A DNA stretch of 64,000 bases from Diadema antillarum (lineage: Eukaryota), in NCBI RefSeq assembly GCF_040938485.1, contig NW_027271136.1, forward strand, positions 1 through 64,000, given 5' to 3'. Below, in pieces: positions 37,326 through 47,886 of this stretch; the first letter of the stretch is position 1; each line of letters starts with the position of its first letter. The position numbers were made by a program, and so were the translations under genes. The notes beneath the pieces were generated by a model. That model saw only the letters and a list, made by a program, of their open reading frames with translations, searched no databases and was not told where the DNA came from.

Positions 37326-38293
37326 AGCTGCCGTTCGAGAACTCTGGCATGAGCAGCAGAACGGTGGACATCTTGGCAGCATCTTGGAGGGCATCAACCC
37401 AAAGACAATATTGTACATATATAAGGAAATGGAGAAAGTTTTGTACACTTAAGAAGGAAAGTCACCTTCATGCCAAGATTAATTTTGTTTTGGAGTTTTT
37501 TACACACATGTTTTATGAAGAGAACTTGAGCTATTCAGCTATTAACTCAGCACGGAGTGCACTTGCTACCTTTCTAGTGTTAGAGGATGAACAATTTACT
37601 GTCAGCACTCATCCGCTTCTCTCTCGTTTTATGAGAGGTGTGTTCCAGCTCAGGCCCCCAAGGCCGCGGTATTCGGAAATTTGGGACGTGAATATTGTTT
37701 TTAGATATTTGAGAAGTCTAGCTCCCGCTAACTCGCTTAGCTTGAAGCAATTAACGATGAAGCTGTGCATGTTACTGGCCTTGATATCCACCCAGAGGGT
37801 ACAGACTTTGCATTGCCTGAATCTAGACAGCATGATTCTCAAACAATCTATGGTGTCATTCAAAGTTAATGAACATCTTAAGCAGTCTAGACCTGGGAAT
37901 TTTGGATTGGACGTACTTTTGAAAGCGTACCCCCCAGACAGACGTTTGTGTGTAGTTACATACATTAAGGCCTACCTTCGGAGAACCAAAGAGATCCGAG
38001 GAGAGGAAAGTCATCTCTTCATTAGTTTTCGCAAGCCTTTCAAGAGAGTAACGGCACAGACAATTTCTCGATGGATCAAAGAAATCATGACTGGCGCTGG
38101 CATTGACACCACAATGTTCAGTGCACATTCAACCCGAGCAGCATCTAGCTCAGCAGCAAACAGGGCGGATGCACCTATTCCTCTGATCCTCGCAAAAGCA
38201 GGCTGGTCAAAAGAACGAACATTCCGTAAATTCTACGACAAACCTCTACAAGAAGAGGGACAGTGCCTGTCACAACTCATTGTGAGGGAATAA
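37310..38293 (+). CDS. DIRS tyrosine recombinase (YR/integrase), 327 aa
   Basis: N-terminal core-binding region (SWR.ST.RQY, YSAINSARSAL). Catalytic signature R (TQRVQ), K (LKQSRP), HSTR, GW and Y (KFYDKP). Overlaps the pol stop by 16 nt. Confidence 0.96.
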   Translation: MLQVLKLPFENSGMSSRTVDILAASWRASTQRQYCTYIRKWRKFCTLKKESHLHAKINFVLEFFTHMFYEENLSYSAINSARSALATFLVLEDEQFTVSTHPLLSRFMRGVFQLRPPRPRYSEIWDVNIVFRYLRSLAPANSLSLKQLTMKLCMLLALISTQRVQTLHCLNLDSMILKQSMVSFKVNEHLKQSRPGNFGLDVLLKAYPPDRRLCVVTYIKAYLRRTKEIRGEESHLFISFRKPFKRVTAQTISRWIKEIMTGAGIDTTMFSAHSTRAASSSAANRADAPIPLILAKAGWSKERTFRKFYDKPLQEEGQCLSQLIVRE

Positions 38294-38391
38294 TGACCTC
38301 AGACCAAGGTAATTTGAGCTTACATTTTGCTTGCCATTGTGCATGCTTGAGTTTGTTCAGTTGGAACAAATGTGACTTCTGTGCTACAAAA

Positions 38392-38507
38392 TCTCACTGT
38401 GAGTTCTTGCGTAAACTCACGAAATAAAATAGAAAGATTAAACGAGAACTTACCTGTTTGAAGTTTGATCTTTATTTTATGAGGGAGTTGGAGAAAGAAT
38501 TCACAGT
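38392..38507. repeat. DIRS internal complementary region (ICR)
   Basis: 38392..38431 is the exact reverse complement of 33728..33767. 38428..38507 is the exact reverse complement of 38649..38728. The two halves overlap at AATA (38428-31). Confidence 0.96.
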
Positions 38508-38618
38508 CCCTCCTCTCCCTTCCCATGGCATGAATACTATTACAAAATGTATAGATCAACTTCAAGTAAGTTCTCAATCTTTCCACTCTGACAGAAGTCA
38601 CATCTTGTTGCTACGAAG

Positions 38619-38661
38619 TATGACTGCGCGCGCGTTGAGCGGGCTCTCACTGTGAATTCTT
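38619..38661. repeat. DIRS right inverted terminal repeat, followed by a right extension to 38728
   Basis: TATGACTGCGCGCGCGTTGAGCGGGCTCTCACTGTGA(A)TTCTT is the reverse complement of the left ITR. Confidence 0.93.
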
Positions 38662-41275
38662 TCTCCAACTCCCTCATAAAATAAAGATCAAACTTCAAAC
38701 AGGTAAGTTCTCGTTTAATCTTTCTATTATCACACATGGTTATGGAAGGCAAGGCGCTGTCCAAACAAATAGAGACTTGGATGAAGGTGTAATGGACGAA
38801 TGCAGTATTCTGTGGTTATGATTTAATACTTGGTGAACAATTTAATCGTCAAAACAATAATTTTTTGCCAAACCCCACTTACCTTGTAGTGTTTCTTATC
38901 ACCTGTAATGTAATACAAAAAGTAAAACCAGATGTTAGTTATTTTTCTGATGGCTTCCTAAACTCATGCACAGTCTTTAAATCATCTTTCCAGAGATGGA
39001 ACCTAGGATTTTGGTCAAACTTGCTTAGGAGTCATCTCCAACAATGGTGTTAGTAAGTTGTTCAGGTGACCGTGTCAATGCGAGTTGGAATGGTGGTATC
39101 CCCAACAGCACTGTGATAATGAGCAGTTGTGCCAGATATGGGCTCCTTTATTGGCAAGGCTTCTTCGAAAAAGATGCGAAGACAAGTTTAAAGCGGGGAT
39201 GTGAACGTTTATAACATCTCATCCAATTTCATTTTGGGTGATGAGGTGGTCGAGTGGCGCATCACGGAAAGGGATGAAAATAGATTTCAGTACATTGTGT
39301 CACTTCACAAGGCCTTTCCTCTCGTTCCTGCGCCACTGTCTCGTAAAACGACCATGTATAATCGTTAGACCCGTGTGGGAGATGATAATAGCAGTTACAC
39401 ACTGAATTTGTCTTGACTATACGGTAGATTATGTAGAGTACGTTGTTTATGCCTCTGTGGTTCTCAGGTGAGGATAAGGAAGGAAAAAGACTGTGTATTC
39501 TTGTGTTTACAAGTCTCTTTAGACGTGCATGTACAACTGCAGCATGTAGATAGATTTTTGAATCATCAGTGTACTTTTACTATGTGTTTCAATTTATTGA
39601 TTCATTAGTTTAATCATTGTTGGGGGTGGGGTGGGGTTGGGTTGCTGGGGATGAGGGAGGAAATGGTGGATTCAGGCAAGGATTTAAACAAGCATTACCC
39701 CCTCTAGTGGCCAGATATCGACAGTCTGCAAGCCCCTGACTAAGGCCAATGTGTGTCTACTGGGAGAGAACTTGCTGGACAAAGGGAAGAGGGGACTTCA
39801 GCTCACTTTATCTTATTACTGGTAGCCAGTAAACAAGAATTAACGGTCTTGACCTAATACTGAGTTTCGTGGGAAAATGAATAAAAGTGCATATTTCAGA
39901 TGTCAAATGAATTTGTGCCAAATTTTGATTTATAGAGGTCACTGTTTTAGAGCAGATATTTCTCATAGTTTTTAACCATTTCCAATCAAACTTGGCATAG
40001 ATAATGATTCTTGATGTTTTATCTGCAAGGTATGCATTTCAAGTGTGTCACAGAGCCAAACATAACATATGTGATGGCCAACTGCTTGGAAGCTTTCCAA
40101 TACGTATCCACACATTCATATTTACTCTGATAACTGGAATAGTGTATTTCTCACCTCATTAACTCCTCCAGGAAAGGGGAAGGGTAGAGGTATTAATCAC
40201 ATGTAGTGGTAATTCAGTTCTAAATTTACCAGGAATGTCTCTTCCTTGTTTTGAAACATAGCCCTGCAATTTGTTCTGCTTCCTTCATGGGCCACACTCA
40301 AGCTACAAGACTTTTGAAAGTGTCTGGAAATAACACAGGGACAGCTTCCTTAAATCTAGTGTGGTTTAATAACATGTGCATGCATTGTATTGATTGTATT
40401 TTCAAGAAGTTGCCGTTGCTAGGATGCATGGAATTCATGAAAATTGATGTTGAGGGTGATCTTTGCTGTGTGGCTGTGTTGATCATCATCAGAGGGACAC
40501 ACGCACGTACCCCTATTGCCTCTTTTATGGGGTTTCTTCCAAAATGCACCAGGCAGCGCATTTATACCTGCCCATCTAGCATTCTCTCTTCATTTCGTAG
40601 TGAGCACTTTGAAACTTTGTTTGACATGAATCCCTTTTCTGCTTTTCTTGCAAATATGTCATCTGACATAGCAGCCTTGTTGTTGTTTTTCTGACATGGT
40701 CGCCAACGCTGGCTGATCAAAACTTTCGATCAGCGCAGTGAGAGAGATGCGTATCTGCTTCAGAGAAATGCCGGGTTGAAATAACAAGTGTCACGTGGTA
40801 TAAGTGCATGAGTGGAATCGAGATCTTCTGATAGTGCTGCACTTTTCTCTTTACCTCCTTTTGTCAATTCCTTGACTCTCCATTGCTGCGGAGAGAGAAA
40901 CCAACGAGGCAAACACAAATCTACTTTAGAGAAAGATTTCCTGGAATCCTTGCTTGTGAAAGCATCGCACTTTATGACTGCTTGCTTCAAATTGTACTTC
41001 GTGCAACATGCGCATTATGATCGGAGTGGTTTTTGCTACAGTAGTTGAGAAAAGCCTCTTTTTTGTCTCATTTTTTGTCTCTTTCTTTTGTATTACTGCC
41101 TCTCTGCCCCCCCCCCCCCCAATGAAAATGGTATGGGGGTTGGGTATCTCTTCTGACACTTCATGTTGACAGCACTAAGTATCATAACTTGACAGTTTAG
41201 CTAATTCAATATAAAGCTGGTTTAAAGTTACACTCTGTGCATGAGCAGGTACCGGTCAGCAGAGAAAAACAATGA

Positions 41276-41317
41276 AATGAGACATAGAGTTATAATGAGA
41301 CATAGAGTTATAATGAG
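41276..41317. repeat. 18-bp tandem duplication
   Basis: AATGAGACATAGAGTTAT occurs about 2.3 times. Confidence 0.92.
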
Positions 41318-42046
41318 CAATGCCACAGACGGCACCTGAACAGTTTCTTTATGTTGCACTAAAAGGAAGTTCTCTTAACATTAGAGGGAGCTTGTTAACA
41401 TCAAAGCAAGTTGGATGATGCAAGTGACTGATATCTACAATGTAGCTTTACACTTGTTTTGTTTTGGGGGTCATTTAAACCACTGCCAAATGCAAACTGG
41501 TCTATTCTCAAGTTCAGATGCATTTGCTTCCATCATTGTTTTTCAATGGTTTGACCATTGTGATGTGAAATGAGGCTATATCTCGCTGAAGAAGTACTCT
41601 TTATTTTTCAAGATTCCAAACTTTGTCATGTCATGTTTTGCTGCCTGACCAGTTAAACAGGAATGGAACCCAAATATATACACATGTGGATAGAGTGATT
41701 GCAAGTGTATAGTAGAATGCATCAGTGAAAGTTTGGGGAAAATTGAACAATCCTTTGAATGCATGAATCTATCATCAATTTTTAAGATTTCAGAGCTGCC
41801 ATTTCTGGATGAGAAGACTCCAACATTTTGAGACAACACGTATGGAAAATTAAATAAGGAAATTATAAAGAAAATGTAACATATTTTCACTTTTCTAGCA
41901 TAATAAAAGAGCACTCAAACTCACCTCTTTCGGAAAGCAGGGATGATATTACCATTAACATATGTCAGAATACAATGTGTGTAATCTTTATAACCAGCTT
42001 CAAATAAACATGACATTCAAGAAATAGAAACATTTCTGGATTTTCT

Positions 42047-42527
42047 AACTACCTCCACCAAGGGAGGAGGTTATGTTTTCATTATCATTGGTTTGTCCGT
42101 GTGCAAAATAACTCAAAAAGTCGTGAATGGATTTGCATGAAACATGCAGGAAAGGTTGAGAATGACACAAGAAACAGATGATTAAATTTTGGTAGTGATC
42201 TGGAAATTTTTATGGATTTTATGGAGGATTTTCGATATTTTGGCAAGGTAGGCCCAGGCCAATGAACTTTGGAGTTCAAGCTGGGCATTTTTTAGGTTTT
42301 CATACGCGCACTAAAGTGCCTACTCTAGTTTCTGCCAGCGAGGTGCGCCGCGCGCGGCTAAGGGTTGATGACATAACAAGAGGCTTCTGTATCAGGAAAT
42401 CGGGTGATTTTCAGCATGCATACGTCAGTATGTATGGGTGGAAATCACTGATGTCACTGGAAGAATAAAATCATCAGTGGAAATTAGCTGCTTGGCAGAG
42501 GTCTGCACTCTCAGAGTGCTTCTCTAG
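42047..42527 (+). mobile_element. Helentron-type non-autonomous element (HINE), family A, best-preserved copy
   Basis: 5' sub-TIR TACCTCCACCAAG and 3' sub-TIR CTTGGCAGAGGT (42491-42502). 3' hairpin GCACTCT-C-AGAGTGC (42505-42519) and terminal CTAG|TT. Confidence 0.72.
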
Positions 42528-44084
42528 TTACTCTCTGGTATAGCTAGCCTCTGGAAGTAATTCTCTGGATTTTGCTTTCGCAGATTTACTAATGTATTCA
42601 AATTTGTAGATATTCTTCCTCTCAGGACCTCATATCAAGCTATTTCATCCATTTGTATTCGTTCGATGTACACTATGTCAATACTTTGAATCCACTTTGC
42701 AGGCATTGGTTGTTTCAATGTACAGCTAGCCATCGAGCAAGCTTTCTAGTTGTCAAGAACAAACTTTTTCAGAGAGATATTTGATGCAATATTTGGTACC
42801 CTGGGGACCAAATGAAAATTCGCCATTTTGTTGAATTAATTTTTTTTTTTCAGCGCTGTACCCTGGCTTACCAAAAAATGTGTCAAAATATTTTTAGTAT
42901 TATTTTAGTATTATTATGCACAAAAATGTTCTCTTATTTGTGATTATGCAACAATTAATGTATGCAACTGATAATTATTTTCTGCTCTGAACCTTTTTCT
43001 TTCGCATTTCATCTCTTATTATCGACCATTCGCGCACGCGTAGAAGATTATAAAGATGGCAGCCCCCATGATCAAATTTTGAAGAAATACAGTTGATTTT
43101 GGGGTGAATTTTCTGGGCTTTCGGTGATTATTATTTTTTTTCTGAAAATAAAAGTTACGGTAGATGATGTTTACAAAACGGTGTGGTGCTAGAAATTACT
43201 TCGAAAAACACCTATGGTGCTAGTTCATTGCGACGACTTTGCCGTATCCGAATTCGGAATCGGCGTATCTGAATTTGGATACGCATGATAAAGAATGGGC
43301 ATGAGATGGCGCTATACAACGCGGTACTCTGGGTTACAACGGTACCCCGGTGTACGGCGTGCGGAATCATTTATAGAATTTGAATAAATTAGTACCGTGT
43401 AAGCAAGCGTGTTGGCTTGAAACTGCTTATTGTCATCAGAGCAGTCACAAGTCAGATGCTCATATTTTTTACATAAGTGTTCTATTCCAAACTCTTGACA
43501 CTTTCACCTTCAGTGGAACTGATGGTTGATGCAATTTCTGTCCCGTATCATATATTTGATGGTAGTTCCACCTCACCTCGACTCACAAGACAATGAGGTG
43601 CAATATTTCATTGCCTACATTACTAAGTAATCTGTAATTAGTGTGTAACGTTCCATATGCAATGAGAAGATGGCCTTGACTTTCTGTGAACAGCAGACAC
43701 ACACACACACATGCACTTTAATACACTCATCCTCTCACTCTACCTACAATGTACTGCTATTCATACCTTCCTAACTTTCCTTTTCACGTTTCCATCTACC
43801 AGTTCGTGAGACCATCTGCCTATCTTACTGGTCCATTTTTCATCATTCTTTTATTTGTTGGCTGTCAGCAGAAGGTCACATTTTCCTTTTAATATTGTAC
43901 CTCTGCATGGAGTGCTTTCAAGGTAGCTCTCCTCATTTACAAATTGCATAAGCCATCTACTTCTTAGAAATATATGTGAAACATACATAATACAGCATAA
44001 ATTGCTGAAATGGAAGGTGTCAAATCAATCTTTTATATTTTTATGACACCTCCCATCAAACAAAAAGGGGGGAAAGGACCATTA

Positions 44085-44654
44085 AGCCCTTTTTACACTT
44101 GTGTTTCTTAACCCCGTACTTTCTCTGACCCAGGACTATCGTTAGTCCAGTACCAATTTTTTCAGCTTTTTACACTCGCCAGTTAGTCCCGTACTAAACT
44201 CTTGTCCGGGGCTAAGGAGAAAATTGACCTTTTTACACTCGTATTTCTTAGTCCGGTACTTTCCAAACCACATGAATATTCATGATTACGCTCTGTACTG
44301 TACACGTACACGCACGCACCGGCAGCACTTGATTATCTCGTTTCTGATTGGTCAGTGGGGGTCGGACTTCGTCTCCGTCGCTTAGCCCCAGATTTTTTTT
44401 CCGTTCTGTTTACACTCGCTTGCTTGGCACCGCAATTGCGCAGTGCTGACCCTGCTATTTTGCAGGGCCAGATAGTACGGGACTATCGGTGGGCTAGCTA
44501 GCCCACTTTGGCAAAAACAAGTGTAAACAGAAAGTGGGCTAAGGAAAGTCCGGTACCAACGGTGCGGCTAAGGCCCCCCCCCCCCCCCCCCCCCCCCCCT
44601 TAGCCCCACCGTTGGTATGGGACTAAGCAAAAATGTGCAAGTGTAAAAAGCCCT
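44085..44654 (-). mobile_element. PIF/Harbinger-type MITE, 560-bp family, copy 2 (inverted relative to copy 1)
   Basis: Reverse complement of copy 1 over its full length. TTA duplication at 44082-84 and 44655-57. Confidence 0.88.
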
Positions 44655-45341
44655 TTAGATTTTACAGTATTTGATCATACTTCCTACAAACCCTTGTATT
44701 TTTACATCATCCTAAGCCTCCAAACCAAGGATGTCTGAGGCATTCTATCTTTAATTTCCCCATTTTATCATTGTTTTGTAATGGGGGTACATATGGATAC
44801 GAGTCCTGTGATTGGCTGTAAATCCAGTCATGTGATTTGCTGAGACTCGGGTCGTGGTGACGCACATCTTTGTGGCACATCTCTGTGGCGAGCAAGCCTT
44901 CATGACTTAGGAGAGGTCATCAGTGTACTAATGACGACTGGAAACTAAAACTCACTGGCAGTTGGCTATAGAGATATAATGCATGACATAGCAGAGTGGA
45001 CCTTGACTTGATATGGCAGCATTTCAACAGGATACAGATTGTTGTGCGATATGGCTGCATATTGCTTTATTTATGATTTAGGAAAAAGGCTCAGTCAAAC
45101 ACAAGGATGATCATTTCATACATGTATTTTAATCACAGTGCAAAAATTGATTGGAGGCCCCCTCATTTGCTGCAGATCACACATTGCCAAAACAGTCACT
45201 TTGCTTAGTTGCATGTGAAATCCCTGAACTGTGCATGCCTAAACATTGACCTGAGCATGACCAAAGGTACCTTGACCCCAGGCCTAGTGTGGCCAGTTGA
45301 AATATGGGTCATTAAAAAAAAGCAGAAAACATATGTATATA

Positions 45342-46333
45342 CACTCAACCAAAAAAGTAAGTTCCCCCCTAGCATTTTTTAATATATCTTAAAAAGTATT
45401 TTACCGATTTTCATAATTCAAACTGGAATGGATAGGGAATTTTATTACTCTTAGCATGAATGGCATATCATTGCATTGACTTGTACATAAATAATCAAAC
45501 AATCACTCATGATTCTGAACTTTTAAGCATGGTTTATTGCATATTTCTCTATCTCTTTCTTGTCATGAGCATACAGTGAAGTATTTAATAATTGATATGT
45601 CCACCATCCGCTTCAATGACCAGCCGGCATCTCTTCCTCATACTGTTAAATAAAGTTTGTACTTGGCGCTGCTCAATGTTGGCCCATGCTCTCTGCAAGA
45701 TGTGCTAAATTTCTTGCAGTGAAGTGTCATCTTTCACCTTCTTGCTGGCTTTCCGCTTAATGATATCCCAAAGATTCTCTATTGGATTACAGTCATTGAG
45801 CGAAACCGCTAGTCTCCCACCTCCTTAACCAGAACTCCAGCTTCAAGGAAAGCTGTAGCTCTCCCTCTTTCAAAAATTTGCAGACGCGGCGTGATGCAAA
45901 ATGGCCATAGGCACATTACTGTGATCAACCCAAATTGGAATTAAAAAGCACATGGCTTCGACCAACATTTTCATATTTAAAAGGCCTATTGTTTAAAAAG
46001 TATGCATAACATCTGTTTAATAGGGAAGCACATTGTACCTGAAGAAATTCCTGAGAATTACATAACAATTCAAAAAGGTCATTTGCTAACTTGCATAGGA
46101 AATGTATACAATGTGCTTCATATAACCTTAAGTGCAACTTTTTCCCCCATGCATTTTGACATAAAATGCATTTTTTTCACACCAATAATGATATCTGGTG
46201 GCAATGATATGCCATTCATGTTATGAGTAATAAAATTCCCTATCCATTCCCGTTTGAATTATGAAAATCGGTAAAATACTTTTTGAGATAGATCCAAAAA
46301 TGCTAGGGGGGAACTTACTTTTTGGGTCGAGTG
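45342..46333 (-). mobile_element. Internally deleted Tc1-family DNA transposon, 992 bp
   Basis: About 133-bp imperfect TIRs (45342..45474 and 46201..46333) flanked by TA, with transposase remnants on the minus strand. Confidence 0.92.
45585..45892 (-). pseudogene. Tc1 transposase remnant (N- and C-terminal pieces fused out of frame)
   Basis: C-terminal piece 45797..45585 reads NDCNPIENLWDIIKRK...I*HILQRAWANI...LFNSMRKRCRLVIEADGGHINY*, the Tc1 NPIENLW and GG..Y motifs. N-terminal piece from 45892 reads (T)PRLQIFERGRATAFLEAG..., with ACG in place of ATG and an internal stop. Confidence 0.88.
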
Positions 46334-46727
46334 TATATATATATATGGTTTTTTGTTGTTGTTTTTTTAGATGTATGCCGTTCACTAGCACGCACAGTGC
46401 AAAGCAATTTATAACGAGCCTTTCAAAAAGAAAATCAGATACACCAATTTTTGCATCGCATTTAACGAATCTGGGATTGTCTTTTAACTTCTAGAATTCT
46501 AATATGCAATGAATTGTGAAACACTGAAAAGTGTGTGGTGGCATATAAATCAAAGTTTCAAGGCAATGAACTCACCATAGTGTTAAGCCTCTTTGCACCC
46601 ACTCTGAGATAATATGGGCATTCATTCCTAAGAAAAGCAACAATAACAACAAAAAAAACCACTATAATGAGCATTCTGTTTGCCAAAACAAATGGTATTA
46701 GAGAATTATTGGGGAAAATCCCTTTTT

Positions 46728-47291
46728 AGGGCTTTTTACACTTGTATTTCTTAACCCCGGACTTTCTCTGACCCAGGATTATCGTTAGTCCCGTACCAAT
46801 TTTTCAGCTTTTTACACTGGCCAATTAGTCCCGTACTATCTCTTGTCCGGGGCTAAGGAGAAAACTGACCTTTTTACACTCATATTCTTAGCCCCGGACT
46901 TTCCAAACCACATGAATATTCATGATTACGCTGTGTACTGTACACGTACACGCGCGCACCGGCACCACTTGATTACCTCGCTTCTGATTGGTCAGTGAGG
47001 GTCGGACTTCGTCTCCGTCGCTTAGCCCAGGATTATTTTTTCGTTCTGTTTACACTCAGTTGCTTGGCACCGCAATTGCGGTGCTAGCACCGCAATTGCG
47101 GTGCTAACCCCTGCTATTTTGCAGGGCCAGATAGTACCGTACTATCGGTGGGGCTAGCCCACTTTGGCAAAAACGAGTGTAAACAGAAAGTGGGCTAAGG
47201 ATAGTCCCGTACCAACGGTGGGGCTAAGGCCCCCCCTTAGCCCCACCGTTGGTCCGGGGCTAAGCAAAAATTTACAAGTGTAAAAAGCCCT
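46728..47291 (-). mobile_element. PIF/Harbinger-type MITE, 560-bp family, copy 3
   Basis: Same orientation as copy 2, with TIRs present. Flanks are TTT and TAA, so the TSD is imperfect. Has an internal 20-bp duplication. Confidence 0.85.
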
Positions 47292-47811
47292 TAAGTGTCA
47301 CAGATGCATGCATGTTATCAACCATCAGTCACCTTTAGATGCTACCATGAGAAGTATCAAAATTTTGTGGTTTTAGTCGTTAAAATCAGATAGTATCTGT
47401 CTTTCCTGGCATCTGAGAATAAAACAAGCCTCCCAAACTGTCAATCTAACCAATGCATTGGAATAATGATATCAGGATAATTCAAATTACATCTTGCATC
47501 ATATTTATTTGATACAAAAAAATAACAAATATAAAAAAACATGACACACAATTTTGATTTTTATATGTTCTTCTTGTTTAAGAATAAACCATGTAGAATG
47601 AGAAACAATCCTAAGAATGCCTCTGATAGCAGTACAATGTACATATCCTTGATATCAAATATACTATGGCATACTAGTAGCACAAGAACTTTTGACCCTT
47701 CTCAAGTTTTATCACTGTATGCAAGTGAACTTATATCCACCAAATACGCGATTAAGATATAGGCCTACCCAGTCACAGCCACACACCTATTCATAGTACA
47801 CGGTCACACTG

Positions 47812-47857
<46 letters not shown>

Positions 47858-47886
47858 ACACATACACACACACACATACACACACA
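47812..47886. repeat. (CA)n microsatellite with CATA interruptions
   Basis: Direct reading. Confidence 0.95.

Larger units (their letters stand above)
33728..38728 (+). mobile_element. Full-length DIRS1-type tyrosine-recombinase retrotransposon (5,001 bp)
   Basis: gag, RT/RNaseH/MT and YR ORFs all uninterrupted. ITRs at 33751..33793 and 38619..38661. The ICR at 38392..38507 is complementary to both termini. TATT is shared by the left end (33728-31), the right end (38725-28) and the ICR junction. Confidence 0.97.

Noticed and set aside
37310-38293. Phage integrase, prophage or bacterial contamination
   Set aside because: The YR sits inside a DIRS structure with gag, RT and ICR, and the element is cleanly joined to eukaryotic intronic flanks.
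34101-38764. Small antisense or alternate-frame ORFs within the DIRS element
   Set aside because: They are shadows of GC-rich coding sequence or of the ITR/ICR repeats, with no recognisable motifs.
40251-40694. 147-aa ORF and opposite-strand ORFs
   Set aside because: No recognisable domain in any frame I translated. It could be an eroded transposon gene, but I cannot support that.
43020-43370. CpG-rich fragment resembling a DNA-transposon end
   Set aside because: I could not find a matching opposite TIR or TSD, so it is left unannotated.
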